Part shown: positions 13,074 to 23,148 of the stretch, piece by piece
Position numbering within the stretch: position 1 is the stretch's first letter
Layout of the letters: each line of letters opens with the position of its first letter
From: Moniliella sp. 'wahieum'
Lineage: Eukaryota
NCBI GenBank assembly: GCA_003971905.1
Contig: RSEE01000105.1
Span: 62,001 to 126,000, forward strand
Length of the DNA: 64,000 nt
Reading direction: 5' to 3'
The notes under the pieces: model-generated
The model's input: only the letters and a program-made list of their open reading frames with translations
Database searches by the model: none
What the model was told of the DNA's origin: nothing
Program-made: the position numbers and the translations under genes

Positions 13074-16000
13074 ATGTCCGTGCACCAGCACCCCATACCC
13101 CCCCGCCCCCGCCCCCCACCAGCCCCTCTCCGTCCTCGCCACCCACCTCGCCGCCTCCCCCCCCCTCGCCCCACACCGCCGCCGCCTTGGTCGACAGCCT
13201 CGCCGCCCTCCTCCAGCCCCGCATCCACACCCTCTTCCACGCCGTCCCGCCCCACACCCCTTCAGCCTCGCCCGCGCCGCCGGCCCCCCCGCGTTGGCCA
13301 GCCCCCCGACCCCGACGACCCCCACCACCCCGCCACCATTGCCGAGGCAGCTCGCGCCCATGCCATCCACCGTCTCGCCGCCCTCGCCGACGCACGCTTC
13401 CTCGCCCCGCAGCCGTCCCGTCCTCCTCCTCCGCCGCCGCAGCAGCTCCCTCGGCCGCATTCCTGCTCCAGGACGGCGGCCAGGATCTGTGGCAGGTAGT
13501 CCACCGGCCTCTTCCCTGCCCACGGCTGTCATGCCCGCCTTGGCCTGCTGCTACGCCCCCACCTGCGCCACCACCACCACCTCCTCACCCCTCCTCTGCG
13601 ACAGTGCTGCCGGCTGCTACTCCCCCACGTGTCCCTGCCGCGCCGGGCCCTCGGCCACCCCACGCATAGCCAATCCCGATCCCGACGCACCCGCGTCGGC
13701 CTCCACGGTCCGACACATGTCCCAAACGAATAAGATCATCAACGTCCTCCAGTCCGCAAGGGCTCTCGCCCTTCCCCGCACATCCGTCGCCACTCGTCCT
13801 CGCCGCCAGCATCTCCAACAGTATCACTACCGTCCCTGGTGGCTATACCTCAGCAGTCCCGCCGTACGCCTCCCAACGGACAGCAACCGCAGCTTTCTCC
13901 CGCTCCGCTGGACAGCCCTTTTGCTTCGTCCTCGCCTCGTCGGCCTTCTCGGCCACTTAGTCCACTCAGTCCGCTCAGTGGCCCTCCTGGTTTCGAGACC
14001 AACGGTACTCCCTCTTCGTCTCCTTGGCACCGCCACCACCACCACCACCTCCACCTCCTCCTCCGTGCCCAACAGCGGGGCTGGGGCCATCCGCCAATCT
14101 GGTTCGCGCCCTTCCCTTCCCATCTCCTCCGCCGCCGACATTGTTTGAGACTCCGTGGGACACATCTCATCAGCCCCTCACCCAAACCATCGAGGACGAG
14201 GACAACCCCCCACCGCAGGCATCAGCGTGCGCACCAGATCAAGATCAAGGCAGCAAAACCCTCCGGAGCAAACTGCCTCCGTCAGCCACCGTCCCTCCGT
14301 ACCTGTTGGAGGGACAGTAGTGCGACCACCGTCAATGTTTGGATCACATTCCGTCGATGCAAGTAGCAGTCAACGTCGCTTGACTGCGGACCAAGCTGCG
14401 GAACAAGACGAGTTGTTGAACCGCACCAAAACCAGCAAGTCTCTCCCTACCAACCCCACCCCAATGCGCTTGGTCTTCGCTACCCTGGCTCCTTGGTCCC
14501 TCCCACGGTCGCCTCCTCTTCTTCGTCGGGGACTTGGCAACCGTCTTCGTACCAAGCTACGGGACTTGTTTCTGCAGCCCAGCAGGCGACTTCTTCGCCC
14601 TCTTCACCCGCTTTCTCCCGCCACGTCGCGCGAGCTTCATCCAGTGGACCTTGGGGCCCAAGTCCTACGCCGCTACTGGACCGGCCTCCGAACGAGCGGC
14701 TACACGCGTCGTTGCAGGATGTCTTGACGCACAAGGTGGCTACCAACCGGCGTCCTGAGTGGGTAGAACTTATCCTGCTTTCCAGCACGCTCCCGCCTGG
14801 CACAGTCCCGAGCACAAGCGCGAATGTGGCCGGCAAAACGCGCTGAACGAGTTGTGCTATAACCATGCGGCGTTCGTTGGCGATCTGCGCTTGCTGCGCG
14901 ACACGATCCTCCCGCGCTCCAATCTGGCATTCTTCCATCTGGACTGGACACGGCAGGCCAGCACAACATCGTTCGTACCACCACCACGGCCAGTACGGAA
15001 TCGAGCATGAGCACGAGTACGAGCATGAGCATGAGCACGATGCGTGCCCGTCTTGGCTGCCTACATCTGCACGCCTCGTCACTTGAGCTCAGGTCTGCTC
15101 AGTCCAAGTACGCTCCTTTCCTCCTCTCCTACTGCGGGGTTAAAGTTATCGCCGAGTCGGACGGACTGTGTACGCAAATGATCCATACGACCAACATGCT
15201 AATCAAGGTGAACGAGGAGTTACTCTTTGACCTGATGCAACGTGTCTTGGCCGCGCGCGAAGGGTACATTACGCATGTGGGAGATCTCTTGGTAGCGCAT
15301 TACACCCGACCTGGATTTTGGCCTGCGGTACGGTCGTACTTTACTGTTTCGCGCGGTACCTCACCGAGCGCAGATGGACTATTTGCGCGACACGCAGTTC
15401 CAAGAATTCGTTCGGATGCTTTCCCAGACCTCTGGGGCGAAAAGAAAGACGTGATGGCGTTGGTTGATCGGCCTCGGACCGCGTTGCCGCAGGGAGCGTA
15501 CCGTTGAAACCGATTTTGGACAAGACGCGTGGGGAGGGTGGGCCGGGTTGACAGAGGCGCAAAGTCAAGAGGAAAAAGAGCAACTACGACGTGCACATAG
15601 TTTGCTCACCAATATTGTGCATTTACTTGACAAGGAAGTGATCCCAACAGTACAGCGCGATGTCAAGCGTTACAGCTGCAACGGCTCTTGTGGAAAACCA
15701 ATGTCGGCATTGGAGATGCCTCTATGATCCATACGGTGCGCCTAGCTGGGCCGCACCGACGAGTACTGTTGGACAAGGCGGGGCGTACGGCAGTGTACGC
15801 TACCGCCCACTCGAACTTGAACTCGACCTTGAACTCGAACTTGCACTCGTACGTGCCAGGACAAGTGCACCAATCGATCCAGCCGTTACGTTTGGTATTG
15901 ACCGACTCGTCGTTGTTGCTCTTGGTGCCGGTGACTGTATCGATCAAGTACCTCATTCTCCACTCGACTCGCACGTCCGACATTGATGATCCGTATTACG

Positions 16001-18358
16001 TCGCCGACCGGGCGCATGCGGAAACCGACCCGAGGTTGGATACGGAACTCACGGAAGCGTTCCGCTTTGCTTGGAGGGTACGTTTGTCTCTTGTCTCTTG
16101 TCCCCCTTATTGTTGCCCTTGCTTGCGCTTGTTGCGTTTGAGGGGTATGGGCAAGGGTGCGGTGTGGTAAAAAGGGAACTATGGAGAACATACTGACGCA
16201 GCCTCATCGGTTTCGGTTCATCCGATTTGGGTTCGGATTTGGATTCTTCTGTGGGGACGACGATACGTGCATGGGCTACGTCTTTGTTTTGGGTGTACTT
16301 TGTTGTACAGCCGATTCCACTGGAGGCACTCGAGATGGGCAAGTTTGATGAACCTGCGATCCAGGGGGAGAAACAAACGTTGTACCCGTTCCATTTGGGG
16401 CACGTTGCGACCGGTCCCAAGGTACTCTACACCACCACCTCCTCCCGAGCGGGAGGAGATTGAAAAAGTGGTGCAGGAGGCAGCTGATGCACGTAAGTCA
16501 CCATTCCCAGATGCGCCTAGCAGCTCAACCTCTTGACTGAGCAGCGGTTCTCCGTCGCTACGTCCGCCGCACTTCTTCGTCTGCTCCACTTCCACTTCCA
16601 CTACTTCTACTCCCACCCCTTCACCTCTTTTCCTTTCAGCTTTTGTGCTACTCTTCCGGGCAACCAGCGGGCCCCGAACGCAAATGGAAGTGGTGAAAGC
16701 GATTGTGCCAGACGAACGAGGGACGGGACTGGATGGCGATCGCGACGCGTTCGACTGTCTGGGTAGGCCAACGGGGATCGACGTTACACCCCGCCTTATC
16801 TACCAGCAACTGCAACATTGTCAACATGGCGCTATTTGCACCGTGCCTCGGCAGCGGTACAGGCACGTTGGTGGTACAGTTTGGCACCGACGTGTGGGGG
16901 TACGCGTTGGATGCGATCTTGGCTCGTGATGCGGCTTTACAGGAAACCAGTAGGGTAAGGATCAACCGTGGTCGCCGTGACGAGGTGGGCGTGATGCGGG
17001 TAGGCAAGACCCCTGGCCCAACGGGCAGACCTGTACTGGTGTACCAAATCGTCGTACCCCATGGACGTTTCGGTACGTGCGCGTCGAGCCCAGCAGCAGC
17101 AGTGGCGGCAGCAAGCTTGGTGGTTCCCCCTCAACCTCAACTTCAATCTCGACGGTTGGGGGGCTACGACGTATGTTCGGTTCGTCCGTGCGACGCGGGG
17201 CGAGTGGACAAGTGGAACTAAGTAACGATCGTACGCTCTCGACGCAGCGTAAGCATCCTCGTGCCATCCAGTTGTACGGTGCGGGGGTGGCGGTGATGCA
17301 TGAAGATGGGGTGGACGTTGTGCATCCTACCTTGAGTGCGCAGGGCGACCCGAACGCCATCATTTCGTTACCGGACTTCACGTTGACCCCGCGCGCACAG
17401 CTCGATTGGTCGATGGTGCGTACGCCGGGGCACAGCAGCACCAGAAGCACCAAACCAAGAAGCAACACCAACACCAACAGCCACCCAGTCGCAGTCGCAG
17501 GGCAGAGGCAGTCGCAGGTGGGACCGTCCTCTACGTCAGTGGGCGGTGGGACAACAGTGACGACGACGACGACGCCAGACCAAGCGGAGACAGAGATGAC
17601 CTTGTCGCGCGTACCTAAACCGAGTGCGGTCCGAACCGAGCTGGAAAACAGTCAAGTGCTCTGTCTCTTCTCGGTTCCTAGGCCTGTGCGTGCGCAGCAC
17701 GCGACCCCTCCTACGCCATCTACTCCGCTTAGCTTGCAAGCCTCGCCAAGCTTATCTACTCCGACGGCCGCCGGTGCGGGCACGAGTGCGGGCACGGGCA
17801 CGGGTGCTGTGGGCGTAGGCGTACCCACGGCGGCGACGGGACATTTTACTCGTGTACCAAAAGTACGGTGTGTACGTGGTTTCGGAGCAAGGTGGGATGG
17901 CGAACTGTGCTGGGTCACCTACGCGGATGGAAGATGCGTTCGCGTGGGAAGGACGACCAGACCATGTGATTCAACGTGGCGAGTACCTTATTGCCATAAG
18001 TAAACGGTTAATCGAGGTGCGTAGGACCGATGGAAGGTTGCTCCAGGTCTTGGGGATCCCATTGGCACCTCGTATCAGGTGACGTCGTCCTCATGCCCCC
18101 CCTGCAGGCTGAAGATCAACTCACCCCAAGCGGTGGGAGCAGGGGCAGTACGAGTACGAGTACAAGTACGAGTTCCTCCCACGCCCAAAAGGGTACCCAC
18201 AAGGGCACCCACCAGAGAGCAACAGTAAGGACAACAAGGAGGCGACACAACCCATCTTGGTGTGCCAGCGAGCGCCGTCGCGTGTGCCCGGGTACGAGGA
18301 GCAGACGATTTTTGAGCTGGTGCTCAAGCGACGCGAACCCGGTAAGACGGCGGCCTAA
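13074..18358 (+). CDS. Rho GEF with DH-PH region and C-terminal CNH domain (Rom2/Tus1/Rgf-like), many indels
   Basis: Long Pro/Ser-rich N-terminus; DH-like segments (NALNELCYNHAAFVGDLRLLRDTIL; TNMLIKVNEELLFDLMQR; LVDRPRTALPQ); PH-like RRVLLDKAG...LVLTDSSLL and VVQPIPLE; CNH-like tail (LIAISKRLIEVRRTDGRLLQV, EQTIFEL); start approximate. Confidence 0.75.
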
Positions 18359-18872
18359 ACGTTCTGCTTGGTAGGTACGTGTACCGTACTACGTGGGTGT
18401 GTACATGTCCCGTGCCGTACAGTCCGCAGCGGCCTGCTGCGGGAGGGAGATTGGGCCAGGAGACGTACGTGCCATGGTCAAGCCGGATGCCGGTGGATGA
18501 GGGTGGGTGCGGTTGGAGGTGAACCTGAATCTTGGCCTGTGAATTAGAGGTGGGGGGGGAGGGGAGGGGGGAAAGGGGTACCCGGAGGGTTTACCGATTC
18601 CCGATTCCCGATTCCCGATTACCGATTACGATTGACATGGATACTATGTGGTACGAGATGTGGGATGGACGGATGTTACGGATGATACTACGGAGACGGA
18701 GATGGAGATGGAGATGCACAGGGGTGCCAATTAACCGGTCTTCCATGCCATGTTACATGTTATACTAGCCCCAAAAAGTATGGCGTCTTCCGCATCATCA
18801 GGCGTATAATCGTAGAGGGAAGGTTCCCCGTTGAAGTTCTGACGTTAGATCTGAGATATCGCACGAAACTTA

Positions 18873-18918
18873 AGGGATCGTGGAAAACTTGAGACAGGGA
18901 TCGTGGAAAACTTGAGAC
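18873..18918. repeat. Perfect 23-bp tandem duplication AGGGATCGTGGAAAACTTGAGAC
   Basis: Copies start at 18873 and 18896, followed by a partial AAGGGAT. Confidence 0.85.
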
Positions 18919-19225
18919 AAGGGATACTCATTGGAATCCGCAATGCATCGACAATAGAGTAGTACGTTTCATAGTTGGCTGTACCAACACGAGAAGATGG
19001 GCCACATCAACAGAAGAGAGAAGGGTGTGTGTAAAAAGACATCTAGGTCTCAACGGTAGGGAGGGGGAGGGGGAGGCAGAGAGCACAAGAAGAAGGATCC
19101 ACAAACGTGGTAGCTGTTTCAGTACTCAAGTACTCAAAGTGCACAAGCACTCAGTCCGAGATCCCACCTCGATCTCAGATCCTATACCACAGACCACACA
19201 CCACAGACCACAGATCCAAGCTTAC

Positions 19226-21234
19226 TTAGTCTGCGTCGCGTCCTCGCCCGTCTTGTGGAGCTTGTGGGCGAGGCGATCCAAGAGCGAAGGGTGGGTCTGC
19301 TTGCATGCTCGTCATGGGCAGAAGAGTGCGTTCGGTGTCCTGCTCAGCCTCTTCTGCGGCGACAGTACCAGGGCCCAAGACTTCCTCTTGCACCAGATCG
19401 CTTGGGCCAGACGACGCATCGTACGTGCCGCCTCCGACGGGTTGCTTGGGAGCCGGATGACCAGCTTCGAGTACCGGGTCCGCACCAGGAACACCCGAGA
19501 GAGCCGCCATGGGTTCCGATGGGAACGACTCTCCACCCCCATGCTCAAGCCCATGCGCGTGGTGATGATGAGCGTGGTGATGGTCGAAACAGTACGTCGG
19601 ATCCGTTTCGTCGCGCGGCACTTCATGTTTCATTCTGTTTTGAGCTGCAATTGCCTCGTTGCGATCCACCTCGACCCGAGGCAAGGAGGCTACCTCGTGC
19701 ACCACGCAGTCCGATGGGAGTCGTGCGCCTTCACTACCAGCGACCGAAGCGACCGAAGTGGCAGAAGCGACGGAAGGAGTTGGGTGCAGACCAACCGAAG
19801 TAGTGGGGTGTCTTTGTCAGTGTCGGGTGAACAGGAACAGCGGTCTTCTTCTCGGCTCGCATTGCACCCGCGGTCCCTGGTCCCAACACCCGTTCCTGCA
19901 CCAACGTGGTTGGGCCTAAAGCTGCATCGTACGTGCCACCACCGATGGGGTGCGTGCGGGTCTCACCCCACGTTGGATGGGCGGTATCCACGTCCGAGTC
20001 GGGAGAGACATCCTCCTTCGCATGTCGGTGCGAATGGTGGGTGAAAGAGTAGTTTTCGGAGTAACATCTTGCGGTACCTCCTGTTGGAGTCTGTGCTGGG
20101 CCAACAAGACAGCGTTACGGTCCACCTCGACCTGCGGCATGGAAGCTACCTTGTGCACGACGCAGTCGGAGGGAAGGCCCGCGCCATCGGCCCCGGTACC
20201 TGCAATGGTGTACGACTCATGCAGAGGGCTCTCACTTGCCGTTGTCGTAGTCTTCTCTAAGGACGGGTGGGGATCCTTGGCCTGTTTGGCGCGCATAGCA
20301 CCCACGGTCCCTGGTCCCAACACCGTCTCTTGCATCAAAATGGTGGGGCCAGAGGAGGCGTCGTACGTGCCCCCACCGACGGGGTGGGGGCGGGTGCACC
20401 TCCGAAGCTCGGATCAACGGGTGCGGGCGGGTCAGCGACCGAGTCGTCGTCCACAGCATGGGCATGCTTGTGCGGGTGATGGTGCGTAAACACATAATAC
20501 GACGAAGGGTGAACGTCGCGCGGCACGGCATGTTCGAGTTTGTTCTGAGCCACGAGCACATCATCCCGACTCAGCTCGGTGCGAGGTAACGTGCCCACCC
20601 TGTGCACGACGCAGTCTGACGGCAGACCTGCGCCGTCCGCCCCGTTCCAGCAATGGTGTACGCCTCATGCAGCGGTTGTCGTTCGACACCGTCGAGGTTC
20701 TGCAGAGCCGGCGGGGGCTGATCAGCTTGCTCCTGCGTCATCTCAGCAGCCACAGTGCCTGGGCCCAGGACCTCCTCTTGCACCAGCTCTGTGGGCCCAG
20801 AAGAGCTGTCGTAGGTACCGCCGCCGAAGGGATGCGCCAGGGCCGCGAGAGGCACACGCCCGAGTCGGATGGGTGCGCTTGAGCGTGAGGGTGGGGGCAA
20901 GGAGCATAGGTAGGCGAAGTAATGTCCTTTGGAACGTCGCGTTCGCGCTTATGTTCCGCTACGAACGCGGCGTTGGGGTCCGGTTGGACTTCGGGCATCG
21001 TAGCCACCTTGTGCGACGACGCAGTCCGAGGGCAGGCGCTCGCCCGCCTTGGCGGGTTGGTCGGCCTCGGCGTCGTGCACGTACCCCCCGGCGGGCTGGG
21101 GGTGGTGGCGTCCGGACTAGCGTGGGAGTTGGTGTGCAGCAGCCTTCAAAGGCGTTGGTGAGGGAGTTGAGCAGGCCGCCTTGGGCTGCACCGTGGGTTG
21201 GGGCCGATGTGTCGGCAGCAGGGAGGGAGGACAT
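19226..21234 (-). CDS. Uncharacterised protein of four ~140-150-aa tandem repeats
   Basis: Motifs LPSDCVVHxVAxLP...EVPxD and GGGTYDxSSGPTxLVQExVLGPGTVAA recur four times across ORFs 20959-21345, 20738-21007, 20571-20900, 20335-20607, 19916-20338, 19734-19991 and 19226-19705; start MSSLPAAD at 21234. Confidence 0.8.
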
Positions 21235-21713
21235 GGGGGGGGAGGTGGTGGGGGGAGGGCGAACGGGGCGGGGCGTGGGAGGCAAAGGTGACGCTTGAAA
21301 GGGAACGGCGGAAGAAGAAGACAGCTGCTGGGCTGGCCGCGGCATAGACAGGAGACATGCGAGTGCTCACACGGACCGGTATGCAGCGTCATATAATGTG
21401 CGAGTGGTCTTGTGCCTGCGCTGGGCTGCCAGCCAGTCCAGCGAGCAACCCGCACCGTCCCAGCCCAACACGGGCTCCAGCAGGCGCACCTCCCTCTGCC
21501 GTCCCACACACCTCCCCCTCTGCGATCTGACATCTCACCACCCCGTGTCCCGCGTCCTGTGTCCCGTCCATGCCACCCCGTTCGCCGATGACATCATCGC
21601 AGTCGCCATGTCCCGTCCGCGTCTCCCTCGTCACAGGGATGCACATGTGGCCACCTCCACCACTCTGCCCGGTCCTTGCTTTGGCCGTGCCACAGTCCTT
21701 GTCTTTGTCATGG

Positions 21714-21867
21714 TGTTGACATCCGTCCTAGGACCGCGCGGACCCTGAGTCACGTGAGTCAGCTTTCATTCCTTCCGACGCACCATCGTCTGGACGAGTC
21801 AGTCGCAGAAGCTTCTAGTCAATACGACGTTCAGTGCTCACATTCTGTGGTAGTAGCGAGGCCGACA
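21714..21867 (+). repeat. 5' LTR (154 bp)
   Basis: TGTTGACATCCGTCCTAGG...GAGGCCGACA, matches 26586-26746. Confidence 0.95.
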
Positions 21868-21920
21868 GAGTTACATCCTTATCTGCTCATCCCTGAGCTG
21901 GCCAAAACTACACCCAAACC

Positions 21921-23148
21921 ATGGGCGCCAACGCTAAAACCGATCTCTCGGTCAGCGACACCACAATGGTGAACAAGCGCGATTACTGGACACCAACCGG
22001 TCGCGATCCGCCACCGATTGGCACCGACAACGAGGAACTCATGATGCTTTGCGCCGAAGCGCACCTGTGGTTCAAGAAGACGAACGACATCGATGTCGTT
22101 AAAGAGAAGATCACAGAGCTACACGACAGAGCCGAGTGGCTTGGATGGAAGGACGAACCTAGCTATCACGACAAACTGGGTTCGACGGGCTACGAATTTG
22201 TGGTGCAAAACATCCACCAAATGGAAACTCAACCAACGCAACTTTGGGGGCACACAGGCGCAGCCTCGCGACCCGAGTACGACCTTTACAGATCACTACG
22301 CGAGTCTCCACCAAGAATATCAAGTGGCCTGATATGAACAAAGACCCGTCCGCTACAGCGTTGGGAAGAACGATTTCTCTTCGCGAACAGATGCCCACCC
22401 CCACGCAAGCGACGTCGTCCAGAATGGTCGCAGCTCCCGCTACTTCACCGAGGACCTCGACAGACGCTTGCACAACCTTCTTAGGGAAGCCATGCCGTCA
22501 ACCCTCTTCCGGACGATCCGCACCCACCACGAAATATCATGCACCCAGGACACGCTGAACATGCTGCGTCAGCGGTATGGATATACGCCTACCGCAAACA
22601 GAGGGCCTCTACTCATTCGCTACTTTTCGGCCGACCAAGGAAACCGATCGGGTCGAGGACTACCTCGACTACATGGAAGAGATCAGTGCAAGCCTGACGC
22701 GAGCGGGCATCCCACTTACGGAAGAGCAGGAACGCACTGGGATCCTACTCGGCTTACGCGACATGAGCATTCGCCAGCGTGAAGAGCGCTCGAGTCTAGA
22801 CAAGTTACGGCAGGCCGTGATGGACATACCAGCCGCCACGTATCCGGTGGGAAAGGAAGAGAAACGGAGGCAAGCCGGTCAACGGAGGAACGCCTTGGAC
22901 TCGACCGACAGCGGGGACGACCCACCAGCGGGGGAAAAAACTCCAGCGGGGCAAAGCCGGCGACGACAACCTCGCGGACACAAAGACCAAGGGGCAAGAC
23001 CGCACCAACCAACCCTGGCGCAGCGCGACGTCTAATAAACCTGTTGTCCCTCCGCGCAACCAGGCCGAGCCAACGCTCACGTCGCTCAGAGAGCGAGCTC
23101 TCCGAGTCTGAAGTGATTGACGTTGATGCGGGCACAGCTGACTACTAG
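21921..23148 (+). CDS. gag: Gag of the copia element (indel-broken), ending at TAG 23146-23148
   Basis: Successive ORFs 21921-22337, 22468-22782 and 22577-23035 with copia-gag-like helices (LNMLRQRYG; VEDYLDYMEEISASLTRAGIPLTEEQ...ILLGL); the pol frame is open from 22783 to the TAG; no CCHC knuckle seen. Confidence 0.75.

Noticed and set aside
19025..20044. 339-aa plus-strand ORF and other long antisense ORFs (e.g. 9174-10139, 28293-28901, 45163-46224)
   Set aside because: Shadows of GC-rich minus-strand genes or microsatellites; no motifs of their own.
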